A DNA stretch of 64,000 nucleotides from an uncultured Acidimicrobiia bacterium (GCA_963786955.1 CAWBAT010000005.1:1312001-1376000), one strand, 5' to 3'; positions 1 to 10,123 are shown, counted from the stretch's first letter. Numbers and translations: made by a program. Notes: generated by a model from the sequence alone, not told the origin.

Positions 1-1
1 A

Positions 2-529
2 TTGGTTTACTTTCTTTGCGGTAAATCGGCGGCCCTATCTGCGCTTTTTCCCATCGGTTATTCCTATTTCATGATCCCTCTTCCTTCTATCGTTTTCAGT
101 AACATTGCTTTACGCCTGCAACTGCTTGACGCCAAAGTGGTTGCTGTGGTTGCTTCCCTTCTAGGTGTGCCAGTCTTCCGAGAGGACTTCATCCTCCATC
201 TCCCTGAGATTTCACTCAAAGTGGCCGAGGCGTGCGGCGGTGCTTTTTCCGTTATAGCATTCCTCGCCCTTGGGGTTTTTTACACTCATGAATTGAAATT
301 GAAGCGGCCCGCCAAGATCTTCCTCTGGCTGCTGTTGATACCGCTGGCTGTTTTTTCCAACATCATTAGGATCTTGGTGATTGTGCTCGTGTCGTACTAC
401 TCTGGTAGTTGGGTTCTACGTTCGAGTATTCATCTCCTCTCGGGTGTTTTCAGCTTCTTGGTTGATTTCGGAGCTTTGGTATTCATAAGTAAACTCTTGG
501 AAAAATCACCGAAACAAGATCATTCGTAA
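2..529 (+). CDS. Exosortase (EpsH/XrtA family), 5' truncated by window edge
   Basis: Multi-TM protein with VAEACGG (Cys), NIIRI (Arg) and IHL (His), the exosortase triad; followed by an EpsI-like gene. Confidence 0.85.
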   Translation: MVYFLCGKSAALSALFPIGYSYFMIPLPSIVFSNIALRLQLLDAKVVAVVASLLGVPVFREDFILHLPEISLKVAEACGGAFSVIAFLALGVFYTHELKLKRPAKIFLWLLLIPLAVFSNIIRILVIVLVSYYSGSWVLRSSIHLLSGVFSFLVDFGALVFISKLLEKSPKQDHS

Positions 530-532
530 GAA

Positions 533-1183
533 ATGAGTCCAAAAGCACATTTGCAATGGTGGATGGCGGTAATTATGTTGGTTGCCGCCAATCTTTATGT
601 TCACACGGGAGACGATAACACGTCGAATACCCGTCCCCCAGATGTTCAGTTATTCCCCGCAAGACTTGGCGCTTGGAACTGTGTTTCCTCCGAGGGGACG
701 AAATCGGAACACGAAGACCAAAATGTTGATAAGTTCTGGAAAGCAAAATGCCAGAAGGGAGCCAGCCAACCCCTAGACGTATTCATCGGCTATTCTTTTC
801 ACGCTGGTAAGAAAGGGAGGCTCCCGCCCCCGTTAGTGTACTTCGGGCAGCAAGAATGGGATTTCCCTACAAACCAGTCTGTCTCTATTGACGATGAGAA
901 CCAAAAAGGAAGAAAACTCAACCTAATGCAATGCCTGCTCAGGAACCCCCAAGGATCTAAAGTCGCATTGAGCTATTGGTACCAGTTATCGGGGAATTCC
1001 TATGCGAGCGACTACGGTTATCGATGGGCCTTGATTCTCCGTCGATTGATTCGTCAACCTGTTCGTGGCCAGATCGTACGGATAACTTTGCCTGTAGAGG
1101 GATTGGCCCAGCAGGAAGCCTTTGAGCTTGAAAAGGAGTTGGGATTGGAACTTTGGACTTTGGTTCAAGCCGAACTCCGTTGA
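533..1183 (+). CDS. Exosortase-associated EpsI family protein
   Basis: N-terminal TM, FPARLGAW, LDVFIGY and LSYWYQ motifs; 3 bp after exosortase. Confidence 0.75.
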   Translation: MSPKAHLQWWMAVIMLVAANLYVHTGDDNTSNTRPPDVQLFPARLGAWNCVSSEGTKSEHEDQNVDKFWKAKCQKGASQPLDVFIGYSFHAGKKGRLPPPLVYFGQQEWDFPTNQSVSIDDENQKGRKLNLMQCLLRNPQGSKVALSYWYQLSGNSYASDYGYRWALILRRLIRQPVRGQIVRITLPVEGLAQQEAFELEKELGLELWTLVQAELR

Positions 1184-1541
1184 GGACCTGTATGGCAACA
1201 AATTCATGGAACATTTGGAGGCAGAATGGAGCTGACCTCGATTTCTTGCCGGGAATTGTTTAGGTCTGTTTTTCCCCGCATTGCTTTTGCTAGACCAAAG
1301 ATCCTCTTCTCCGAGAAAGTCCATAATCGTTGCCCGGTTGATCTCATTTGCCGAAAATTCAGCGCAGGATCCGACCAAATACAGTTCAAGGGAATTAAAT
1401 TACACTCTTGTTACTAGGTTATCCACCTGCAATCTTTCCCGCCGCAGAGATTTTCACATTAAAAATAAGAATAAGACCTAACGTATTCTTAATAATTAAA
1501 TTAGATCTGAAGTCGTGCCCCGATATGAAAGTGCAGGCAAT

Positions 1542-1557
1542 TGGTCAGACAGTTGCA
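1542..1557 (+). promoter_or_regulatory. Candidate sigma-54 (-24/-12) promoter
   Basis: TGGTCAGACAGTTGCA = GG-N10-GC with TTGCA, about 50 bp before ATG 1609, AT-rich upstream. Confidence 0.4.
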
Positions 1558-1608
1558 TTCCCAGTTCCTGCTGGCATCAGCCACAAATCTAAATTAGGGC
1601 AAGTCTTC

Positions 1609-2793
1609 ATGCTAAGTAGAAATACCAGCCCAATCATTAGAATCGCGGCCCTTTTGGTTCTCATATTTGTATTCAAAGGGGCCGGAAATGGTTTTGCAGG
1701 CTCCTTGTCAATTTCCTGGACTCCGATCCAAGACAGTCTCTTAGCAGGATACAAGATCAAATTTGGCACGACCTCGGGAATTTATTCGCAATCGGTGAAT
1801 GTCGGAAACGTCACCAGCTATGTCGTGCCGAATCTCACCGATGGAACGACGTATTATCTCATCGTCGTTGGATACGACACCAGCCAAGTTGAGGGCCAGG
1901 CCTCAACCGAAGTATCAGGAGCTGTCCTCGCATCCACTGCGGTTGCCGCATCTTCCATCACAGCCAATGGGGCGGTCATTATCTGGACAACAAATAAACC
2001 AGGTGACAGCCAGACCGATTATGGAACCACGACAACCTATGACGCGAGCACATCTCTGGATCCCACTCTAGTGACAAGCCATTCCCAATCGCTGGCGAAC
2101 CTGAATGCAGGTACGACTTATAATTACCGGATCCGCTCCAAGGATGCCGGCGGTTCCGTGACCGTTTCTTCAAACTTCTCGTTCACGACGCAACAAGGGC
2201 CGGACACCACGCCTCCCGGAGATGCGACCAACTTCACGGCGGTGCCTGGCAACACCATAATTAACCTTAATTGGACAAATCCCACAGACCCCGATTATAA
2301 AGGGGTCATGATTCGCTACCGAACAGACGGCGTGTACCCGACCAGTAATGCTGATGGAATGCTTGCGATGGATCGCGTCGAAGTTGCCGGATCAAATGAT
2401 TATTTCGTCCACTCGGGATTGTCGAACGGGACCACTTATAGTTATTCAGCATTCACTTATGACACCACAGGTAATTACTCGCACACCGCGCATATTCAGG
2501 CCACGCCAGCCAATCTGTCAATTACATCAATTTCCCCGATTAAAGGGCTGACAGGAACCACAGTTGTAATCTCGGGCACTGGTTTCGGAACTGCTCAGGG
2601 GAGTAGTAAAGTGACTTTCAATGGACTGACTGCCACCGCGAGTGCTTGGAGCGACACTTCAATCACGGTTACTGTTCCCCAAAATGCCAAGAGTGGCAAT
2701 GTCGTTGTAACGGTTAACGGGGTGCAGACCAATGGGGTCTATTTCAAAGTTGGCAACGGCGTTGGAAAACCCCCGAAAGTGAGAGTCTTTTAA
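1609..2793 (+). CDS. Secreted fibronectin type III / IPT-TIG domain protein
   Basis: Signal peptide from ATG 1609 (ORF-track start 1408 is likely too long); FN3-like repeats (YKIKFG..LTDGTTYY, YNYRIRS) and an IPT/TIG domain (ITSISP..GTTVVISGTGFG). Confidence 0.8.
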   Translation: MLSRNTSPIIRIAALLVLIFVFKGAGNGFAGSLSISWTPIQDSLLAGYKIKFGTTSGIYSQSVNVGNVTSYVVPNLTDGTTYYLIVVGYDTSQVEGQASTEVSGAVLASTAVAASSITANGAVIIWTTNKPGDSQTDYGTTTTYDASTSLDPTLVTSHSQSLANLNAGTTYNYRIRSKDAGGSVTVSSNFSFTTQQGPDTTPPGDATNFTAVPGNTIINLNWTNPTDPDYKGVMIRYRTDGVYPTSNADGMLAMDRVEVAGSNDYFVHSGLSNGTTYSYSAFTYDTTGNYSHTAHIQATPANLSITSISPIKGLTGTTVVISGTGFGTAQGSSKVTFNGLTATASAWSDTSITVTVPQNAKSGNVVVTVNGVQTNGVYFKVGNGVGKPPKVRVF

Positions 2794-2833
2794 GCTAGAA
2801 AGCTAGCACAAACTTCCCGCCCCCAAGCCCACC

Positions 2834-2874
2834 AAACGGCAGCCAGCAGAAACCACTGGTTGCCGTTTTTTTTT
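2834..2874 (+). terminator. Rho-independent terminator
   Basis: AAACGGCAGCCAG-loop-CTGGTTGCCGTTT followed by a T run. Confidence 0.8.
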
Positions 2875-2890
2875 CCTATTCAATCTGTTT

Positions 2891-3019
2891 GGTAGGGCGC
2901 GCTCGCTGAGCGCGCCGAAGCTTGAGGGCGGTCTCAGCGAGACGCCCTACCGACCCCCTTAAGTCCCCCTTAACCAAGGGGGACAATTCCCACGGTGGTC
3001 TAAGCGAGACCGCCTTATC
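2891..3019. repeat. REP cluster (GTAG family) with nested GTCCCCCTT..AAGGGGGAC hairpin
   Basis: GGTAGGGCGCGCTCGCTGAGCGCGCCG; GCGGTCTCAGCGAGAC(C)GCCCTACC; CCCCTTAAGTCCCCCTTAACCAAGGGGGAC. Confidence 0.85.
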
Positions 3020-3329
3020 AATCCGACCTAATAAATACTAATTATGTAGTTTTATTACTAAAGCCAAATTTACGACCAAAGATTCCATCGGTACGCAATT
3101 AGTTGTATTCCAAATCCTCCAAAGTGATTACTAGCCACTACCCAATGGGTATTAGAACATGGTTGACCGCGCAATCACAAAATTGTCATGAAACATCTTT
3201 ACTTAATATATATTATGGCAATTTTACCATCACGAATTTGATGTTTAATTGATTATAAGTGTTTGTATATCAATAGCTTTGATAAAATATGAGAAATAAT
3301 TTCATATAGGAAAACTTTACCCTCATTAA

Positions 3330-3345
3330 TGGAGTGATGGATGCT
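3330..3345 (+). promoter_or_regulatory. Candidate sigma-54 (-24/-12) promoter
   Basis: TGGAGTGATGGATGCT = GG-N10-GC, about 40 bp before ATG 3386; IHF-like TATCAATAGCTTT at 3268-3280. Confidence 0.35.
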
Positions 3346-3385
3346 CTTCATGGGCTGGGATATTCCAAAACGAGGGTTAGGGATC

Positions 3386-5635
3386 ATGCGTAATTACCTA
3401 AAATCCATCATACTTTTTTCAGGCATTTTACTAAGTTTGTCGTCGGCTGCATTTGGACAAACCGGCAACGTCACGGTTTCTTGGGATCCTATAAAAGACC
3501 CAGACTTGGGTGGATACACGGTTCTCTGGGGGACAGCTTCAAAGAGTTATACAGGCTCCCAAAACACGGGGATGACGACTACTCAATCTAACGTATCTCT
3601 CCCTGGCGGGAAGACCTATTATTTTGCTGTCCGGGGGTTCGATCAAGCTGGTGTGCCGGGGGAATTGTCTGATGAGGTTTCTGCGATTGTTAAAGGCAGC
3701 GACACCACACCTCCGGTTATTTCCGGCGTTTCAGCCAGCAACATCACCTCTTCAGGCGCCACCATTTCATTCAGCACCGACGAAGAGGCTTATGTCCAAG
3801 TTGCGTACGGAACAAGTTCCGCACTGGGGGTGTATACAGGCCTCACAAATGTTTCCTCGAAATCGCACCAAGTTGTTTTGAGCAGCCTATCCGGTTCTAC
3901 AACGTATTTCTTTCAAGCAGTCGCCAAAGATCTTTCTGCAAACCAAGCTCTTTCCCAAGTCTTATCGTTCAAAACGCTAGCGGGTCCTGACAAACCTCCG
4001 GACCCTGACAATCCTCCGGACCCGAATGCCGCGATCAAATTTATTCAGATCACTCTGACAAACGTAAGCAGTAATTCAGTATCGATCAATTGGACAACTG
4101 ACAAGTGGACCACGGGGTTTGTTCAGTACGGCTTGGATACCAATTTGGGGATGAGCGTCTCCGATCCAAACTCTCTTTCGAATCACCTCACGGAACTGTC
4201 TTCCCTGACTCCATCCACTCTTTACCGGTATCGAATTACGGCGATGGACACAGAAGGTCACCAGGCCGTTTCAGGGGTTCTGATGTTTAAGACTGCGGAC
4301 CGCGTCAGCCAGCCAGCGCGGCCTTCATCACAAGCAATCTTTATTCCGTCGATTGTTGAAAACAGCCGATTCAGAACGAATCTTGGCATCAACAATGAAA
4401 CCGACACGATAGCCAATGTCAGTCTGACGCTCGTGGACAAGGAGGGGATTGTCCTTGGCGGAACCACCTTGACCGTGGAACCCATGGGGCTGAGACAAGT
4501 CAACAGTGTTGCTCGGGTCCTGTATCCAAACGGCTTTGGGAATGACATAGAAGGCAACCTCTATCTTGAAAGCGACCAGAATATTAAGGCTTGGGCGTCT
4601 CAGATCAACAATGCGACCAATGACCCCAGTCTCTTACTGAGTAAGCAGTCAGGCTCAACGAAACTGCTCATTCCTTCTTCAGCCAACATTGGAAAATTTA
4701 CGTCCTCGCTCGTATTGATGAATATTGGATTATCCACCGCTCAGGTAACCATGAAATCTTACGGGACCTCGGGGCAAGTTCTTGGGCAGACCCGGGAACC
4801 ACTCTCCATTCCGCCCAATGGAATCCTTAGTTTTGACAATGTGCTGGATACTCTTGGCGTAAAGGATAACTACGGCCCGATTGAAATTATCTCCATCAAC
4901 GATGTGCCCATCATTGTTAGTTCGCGCGTCTCCAATGCAAACGGAGCAGGTGGGTTTTTTGAGGGCTTGGATTATGTGAATGCTTCCACTCTTCAATACA
5001 TTCCTTACGTCCTTGATACCAGTGCGACTCGCACTAACCTGGGGATTAATAACGTAACCGAATCTGCCGCAACGGTAAAGATTCGATTGTTTGATCAGCA
5101 TGGAAGTCTCGTGGCCTCGAAGCAAGTTTCGGTAGCACCGAGAGGTCTGACGCAGATCAATAACATTGTTCGCTTTATGATCAACGCGACTGACGTCACG
5201 AACCGGGAAGGGTATTTACAGCTGGATTCTGATCAGCAGATATTTGGCTGGGCGTCTCAGATTGACAACACCAGCAACGATCCCGGGTTTGCCGTGAGCA
5301 AGGGGACCGGTTCGACCCATCTCCTGGTGGACTCCACGGCCAATGTGGGGAGCTTCAAGTCCAGTCTGGTAATTGTCAATGTCGGGGATTCGGATGCGCT
5401 TGTAGACATCGTGTCTCGCAATATCGAAGGAGATATACAAGGCGAAGCCCGCGGGGTACTGATATCGAAGGGTGGCTTCTATAGTACGACCAATATCCTT
5501 GAAACCTTAGGGGTTCACTCCAGCTATGGGCCGGTCGAAATCCTTTCGACAAATGGCAAGCCTCTTTTAGTGACCTCTCGGGTCTATAGCGATTCTGGTA
5601 CGAGCGGGTTTTTTGAAGGACAGTCGATAGATTAA
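3386..5635 (+). CDS. Secreted FN3-domain protein with two C-terminal ~215-aa repeats of an uncharacterised beta-rich domain
   Basis: Signal peptide MRNYLKSIILFSG..AFG; three FN3-like modules, PDKPPDPDNPPDP linker, two repeats RTNLGINN..NDP..GFFEG (ORF-track start 3341). Confidence 0.8.
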   Translation: MRNYLKSIILFSGILLSLSSAAFGQTGNVTVSWDPIKDPDLGGYTVLWGTASKSYTGSQNTGMTTTQSNVSLPGGKTYYFAVRGFDQAGVPGELSDEVSAIVKGSDTTPPVISGVSASNITSSGATISFSTDEEAYVQVAYGTSSALGVYTGLTNVSSKSHQVVLSSLSGSTTYFFQAVAKDLSANQALSQVLSFKTLAGPDKPPDPDNPPDPNAAIKFIQITLTNVSSNSVSINWTTDKWTTGFVQYGLDTNLGMSVSDPNSLSNHLTELSSLTPSTLYRYRITAMDTEGHQAVSGVLMFKTADRVSQPARPSSQAIFIPSIVENSRFRTNLGINNETDTIANVSLTLVDKEGIVLGGTTLTVEPMGLRQVNSVARVLYPNGFGNDIEGNLYLESDQNIKAWASQINNATNDPSLLLSKQSGSTKLLIPSSANIGKFTSSLVLMNIGLSTAQVTMKSYGTSGQVLGQTREPLSIPPNGILSFDNVLDTLGVKDNYGPIEIISINDVPIIVSSRVSNANGAGGFFEGLDYVNASTLQYIPYVLDTSATRTNLGINNVTESAATVKIRLFDQHGSLVASKQVSVAPRGLTQINNIVRFMINATDVTNREGYLQLDSDQQIFGWASQIDNTSNDPGFAVSKGTGSTHLLVDSTANVGSFKSSLVIVNVGDSDALVDIVSRNIEGDIQGEARGVLISKGGFYSTTNILETLGVHSSYGPVEILSTNGKPLLVTSRVYSDSGTSGFFEGQSID

Positions 5636-5639
5636 CTTC

Positions 5640-5833
5640 AGGTACGGCGGTTTCGCTGAAGCCAACGTCTTAAATTAGTGCTGCCAAATAACTCGGCGGT
5701 CTCAGCGAGACCGCCCTACCTTGTGATGCATATTCCCCGAACGTTATTCATCGACGTTGTTGGTAGGGCGCGCACACCGTGCACGCCGCAAAGCTAGAAT
5801 CAGGAACAGCGGTCTCAGCGAGACCGCCCTACC
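5640..5833. repeat. REP/BIME cluster (GTAG family)
   Basis: Alternating GGTAGGGCG.. and ..GAGACCGCCCTACC palindromes with spacers shared with the 8503-8801 cluster; overlaps the wecB stop. Confidence 0.85.
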
Positions 5834-7086
5834 TTTTTGACCAACTCCCGGATTAGGATCTTGACAATCCGCTTCCCAGCTTTTCCATCCCAATAGCGTG
5901 GTTCGCGCGATCTTCTTTTCTTTTTGATCTGTGACAAAGCGCAATGAACAATATCTTTCTTTTTCGTCCCCGCCAGCACGTTTGTCCCTTCGGAAATGGT
6001 TACAGGCCTCTCCGTATTCTCTCGGAGTGTTAGACATGGGACGCCCAAGACCGTCGTCTCTTCTTGAATGCCTCCGGAGTCAGTCAATACCAAACGAGCG
6101 TTGGACATAAGACAGAGGAAATCCAAGTAACCCAGTGGGTCAATGCAACGTACGCCTGATTTTCCGGTTGGAGTCGATGGCCCTTCCAGACCGAGCTGGA
6201 AATAGCTCTCCAATTGGAATTCCTTGATACGATTCAAAGTTCGAGGATGGACTGGAAACAGTATTGGAATCTTGGTGGCGATCTTGGACAAAGCCTGGGC
6301 AATTTCCTGGAAGGCCTCCCGATCATCGACATTGCTGGGACGATGCAATGTCACTAGCGCGTAGTCAATACAGCTTTTACTGTTAGACTCATGGTTGGAA
6401 TGACTCTCTTCATTGTTTGCCAGTCCTATAGGGGTTGGCTGTTTTAAGAGACCCAATTGAACGAGGATTTCAGATTTTTCTGCTCTGGACCGATGCTTCA
6501 GCAGCGTATCTACCATGGTATTCCCGACCCAAAAGACCTTTTTGGAGGTAACGCCTTCCCGCGTCAAATTCTTGGTCGCTCCTTTTTCAGTTACGAAATG
6601 CAAGTCGGAAATGGCATCCGTGAGCAACCGGTTGATTTCTTCCGGCATGGATCGGTCGAAACTTCTTAGCCCAGCCTCAACATGAGCGATAAGCGGACGA
6701 ACCCGGCTGGAGAGGCTAGCTGGGTAAATGATCTTAGCAGCGACCAGGGAACAGGCAATGGTTGAATTCACATCGCCGACTACCAGCACAACATCAGGAA
6801 GATGAGACATCAAGACCGACTCAAATCGCTTCATGATCTCAGCGGTCTGCTGAGCATGAGAACCCGAACCGACCCCTAGATCTACATCCGGCTTTGGAAT
6901 TCCCAAGTCCTGGAAAAAGGTGGTCGACATCATTGCATCATAGTGCTGACCCGTATGCACGATCAGCTGGTGGATCTTAGGTTTATGCTCAGAGTTGTTA
7001 TAGGCGGTCACAGCATCAGAGATCGACGCAATTTTCATGAAATTGGGGCGTGCCCCAGCTACAAGCATCAGTTTTAGCGTATTCAA
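5815..7086 (-). CDS. wecB: UDP-N-acetylglucosamine 2-epimerase (non-hydrolysing)
   Basis: GARPNFMK, HTGQHYD, HVEAGLRSFD, TDSGGIQEE, RENTERP motifs. Confidence 0.93.
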   Translation of the reverse strand: MNTLKLMLVAGARPNFMKIASISDAVTAYNNSEHKPKIHQLIVHTGQHYDAMMSTTFFQDLGIPKPDVDLGVGSGSHAQQTAEIMKRFESVLMSHLPDVVLVVGDVNSTIACSLVAAKIIYPASLSSRVRPLIAHVEAGLRSFDRSMPEEINRLLTDAISDLHFVTEKGATKNLTREGVTSKKVFWVGNTMVDTLLKHRSRAEKSEILVQLGLLKQPTPIGLANNEESHSNHESNSKSCIDYALVTLHRPSNVDDREAFQEIAQALSKIATKIPILFPVHPRTLNRIKEFQLESYFQLGLEGPSTPTGKSGVRCIDPLGYLDFLCLMSNARLVLTDSGGIQEETTVLGVPCLTLRENTERPVTISEGTNVLAGTKKKDIVHCALSQIKKKRRSREPRYWDGKAGKRIVKILIRELVKKVGRSR

Positions 7087-7134
7087 ATTCCCGGATCCTC
7101 CGATTTCAAAATTGTAGTTCGACTACGATGGGAA

Positions 7135-7217
7135 GAGACCGCCCTACCGACACCCCTTAAGTCCCCCTTAACCGAGGGGGACGCTTCCCACGGCGGTCTC
7201 AGCGAAACAGACCTACC
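7135..7217. repeat. REP-hairpin-REP composite
   Basis: GAGACCGCCCTACC + CCCCTTAAGTCCCCCTTAACCGAGGGGGAC + GGCGGTCTCAGCG; same layout as 2928-3019 and 12321-12413. Confidence 0.8.
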
Positions 7218-8486
7218 TTACTGTGTCACACGCTCTATATCGGCTCCTAGCTCTTTGAGCTTTTGCTCGATTTTCTCGTATCCTCGGTCGAGATGGTAGA
7301 CACGGTCAATGACTGTTTCGCCTTCTGCTACCAGACCCGCCAGGACCAGTGATGCACTTGCTCGGAGATCAGAAGCGATCACTTTCGCCCCCGTCAATTG
7401 AGTTTTGCCAATAACGATAGCCCGATTTCCTTCCACCTTGATGTTCGCCCCCATTCGGATCATCTCGCTGGCATGCATGAACCGGTTCTCGAAAATGGTT
7501 TCGGTGACAATGGAAGTCCCTTCGCTTTGAGTCATCAGTGCCATGTACTGTGCTTGCATGTCTGTAGCAAATCCCGGGTATTCGGCAGTAATGACATCTT
7601 GTGACTGTATCCCGTTTGGAGTGCTCACCTTGAGCTCCGATGAAGAGATTCTCTCTACTTGCACCCCTACCTCTTCAAGTTTCTCAATCACCGCCGAGAG
7701 GTGATCGGCCCGACAGGATTGAATCGTAATCTCGCCCTGACTGAGGGCGCCAACTACCAAGAAGGTCCCAGTCTCAATCCTGTCTGGGACGATGGAATGT
7801 TGAGCACCATGAAGTTTGGCGACACCTTGGATTCGAATGGCACTCGTCCCATCTCCCGTGATTTTGGCTCCCATGGCCCGCAACAAATCTGCCAAATCAC
7901 TGATTTCAGGCTCGCAAGCCGCATTATGGAGCACGGTATCTCCATCAGCTAGTATGGCTGCCATGATCAGATTCTCGGTTCCTGTCACCGTAATTCGGTC
8001 GAAAAAAATCTCAGCGCCTTTTAGTCGGGTTACTTTTGCCTCAACATACCCATGTTCAATCGTAATGTTGGCTCCTAATTTCTCAAGCGCCTTAATGTGC
8101 AAGTCAATGGGTCTGGCTCCAATGGCACATCCTCCAGGGAGTGACACTCGAGCGCTTCCAAAGCGAGCTAACAGAGGGCCGAGGACCAGCACCGAAGCCC
8201 GCATAGTTTTCACCAGTTCGTAAGGGGCTTCCCAAGAGTTCAGTTGACGCGAACTGAGGGTGCAAATATTTGAGTCCGATACCTTTTCCAAGTCGACTTC
8301 ACACCCGAGTTCCTTCAGTAGTTGCCCGGTTGTTTGAATATCCCTTACACAGGGAACATTCAATAGGGATAATGGGTCTTCGGTCAGCAGCGAAGCGACC
8401 ATGCAGGGCAGGGCGGCGTTTTTTGCTCCACTGATGCGAACCGTTCCATGGAGCGGTCGTCCACCTCTGATGATGATTTTATCCAT
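7218..8486 (-). CDS. murA: UDP-N-acetylglucosamine 1-carboxyvinyltransferase
   Basis: SGAKNAALP, LPGGCAIGARP, DLRASA, HLDRGYE. Confidence 0.97.
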   Translation of the reverse strand: MDKIIIRGGRPLHGTVRISGAKNAALPCMVASLLTEDPLSLLNVPCVRDIQTTGQLLKELGCEVDLEKVSDSNICTLSSRQLNSWEAPYELVKTMRASVLVLGPLLARFGSARVSLPGGCAIGARPIDLHIKALEKLGANITIEHGYVEAKVTRLKGAEIFFDRITVTGTENLIMAAILADGDTVLHNAACEPEISDLADLLRAMGAKITGDGTSAIRIQGVAKLHGAQHSIVPDRIETGTFLVVGALSQGEITIQSCRADHLSAVIEKLEEVGVQVERISSSELKVSTPNGIQSQDVITAEYPGFATDMQAQYMALMTQSEGTSIVTETIFENRFMHASEMIRMGANIKVEGNRAIVIGKTQLTGAKVIASDLRASASLVLAGLVAEGETVIDRVYHLDRGYEKIEQKLKELGADIERVTQ

Positions 8487-8502
8487 TTATTTTGTTTTTC
8501 CT

Positions 8503-8801
8503 GGGTAGGGCGCACACGCTGTGTGCGCCGGAAAACAAAGAACTGAGGACGGGGGTCTCAGCGAGACCACCATCCCTTGCGATGCTAATTCCTCAAACGC
8601 TATTCATTGACGGTGTTGGTAGGGCGCGCTCGCTGAGCGCGCCGCAAAGCTAGATTCAGGAACGGCGGTCTCAGCGAGACCGCCCTACCTTGTGAAGCAT
8701 ATTCCCCGAACGTCATTCATTGACGGCGTTGGTAGGGCGCGCACGGCGTGCGCGCCGCAAAAAAAGAATTCAGAATAGCGTCTCGGCGAGATCACCGCAC
8801 C
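8503..8801. repeat. BIME-like array of about six REPs, period about 110 bp
   Basis: Three GGTAGGGCGC.. and three ..GTCTC(A/G)GCGAGA.. units with conserved short and long spacers. Confidence 0.85.
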
Positions 8802-8811
8802 AACAAGCACT

Positions 8812-9993
8812 TTACCCGCGTCGAAACATGAGCCGTCCTTCGCAAAAAGTCATTTGCACATTCAACTCATCGTCCAACAAGACTAAATCTGCATCGAGGC
8901 CAGGTTCGATACTTCCTTTTAGGTTGGCAATGCCTATGGACTGAGCCGGATTCCGGCTGGTCATAAAGGAGGTTTCGGCCAAGCTCGCCTTTGTCCACCG
9001 CATCATGTTTTGAAGAGCACGATCTTGAGTGAGGGTACTCCCAGCCAGTCGTCCTTCGAGGTTGCGGCAAACTCCTTGGGTAACCGTAACTCGTAGTGGT
9101 CCAACCTGATACTCTCCATCGGGTTGGCCGCAAGCGCTGATGGCATCGGTGACGAGCAGAATCTTTTGAGGCCCTTTGCATCTGAGTAGAATCTCAACAA
9201 CCATAGGATCAACGTGTACCCCATCGGCGATCAATTCTGCCCAGATACGATCGTCTGACAAAACGGCTCCCAAGATTCCCGGATCGCGGTGATTGAATTC
9301 TCGCATGGCGTTAAATACATGGGTGGCATTGGTGATACCCGCTTCAATGGATTCTTTTGCCTCATTAAAAGTTGCATTGGAATGCCCCATAGATACCAGG
9401 ATTCCCATGGACCGTGCATGGCGAATGAATTCCAATCCGCCGGGGACTTCCGGAGCCATTGTGATCACCTTAATCTGATTGTTCGACCACTTGACGAATT
9501 CATCGAGAGTGGGAATAGATGGATTGCGAATATATTCAGCCGGGTGCACCCCCCTTTTCATTTCACTAATGAAGGGGCCTTCTAGGTGTAGTCCCATGAT
9601 TCTCGCGCCGCCTGTTTCCTCTGGGATCAGCCTCCCCAAGCTTTCGACGGCCTGCAAGGTGGCAAAGGGTGAAGCGGTAACCGTGGTCGCAAGATAAGCA
9701 GTTGTTCCATGGCTGGCAAGAAATCGAGAAATCACTTCAACGGCTTCCCGGGTTCCCTCCATGACATCCCGGCCATCACTGCCATGAACATGAACGTCTA
9801 TGAAACCCGGAAGCAGAGTCAAGTTTTCGCAGTGATAAATCTCAAACTCGCGCTCATCAAAGTGAACCGTAAAGCGTTTATTGACTTCGAGTATCTTTTT
9901 GCCTTCAATGAGGACAACCCCTTGCGGAATTACTCTTTCAGGTGTTATGACTTTTTTTGTAAATATTGCCAGTTTGTTCATAAGTAGTCTCAC
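8812..9993 (-). CDS. nagA: N-acetylglucosamine-6-phosphate deacetylase
   Basis: PGFIDVHVHG, HLEGPF, HVFNAM, DGVHV, LAGSTL. Confidence 0.95.
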   Translation of the reverse strand: MRLLMNKLAIFTKKVITPERVIPQGVVLIEGKKILEVNKRFTVHFDEREFEIYHCENLTLLPGFIDVHVHGSDGRDVMEGTREAVEVISRFLASHGTTAYLATTVTASPFATLQAVESLGRLIPEETGGARIMGLHLEGPFISEMKRGVHPAEYIRNPSIPTLDEFVKWSNNQIKVITMAPEVPGGLEFIRHARSMGILVSMGHSNATFNEAKESIEAGITNATHVFNAMREFNHRDPGILGAVLSDDRIWAELIADGVHVDPMVVEILLRCKGPQKILLVTDAISACGQPDGEYQVGPLRVTVTQGVCRNLEGRLAGSTLTQDRALQNMMRWTKASLAETSFMTSRNPAQSIGIANLKGSIEPGLDADLVLLDDELNVQMTFCEGRLMFRRG

Positions 9994-10123
9994 GCCTCAC
10001 AAATCTAAATTGTCAAGGCTAGACGCCAATGGATTGAACAGCCGTCTCGGCCAGCAACCCCGGTCCCAGAAATCATAGCTATCTGAATCGGAGAGGCATT
10101 TCAGCGCCCGCCGGGCGATGGCC

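Noticed and set aside
8503-8801. Periodic repeats as a CRISPR array
   Set aside because: Units alternate in orientation, spacers are conserved rather than unique, GTAG feet mark them as REPs, and no cas genes are present
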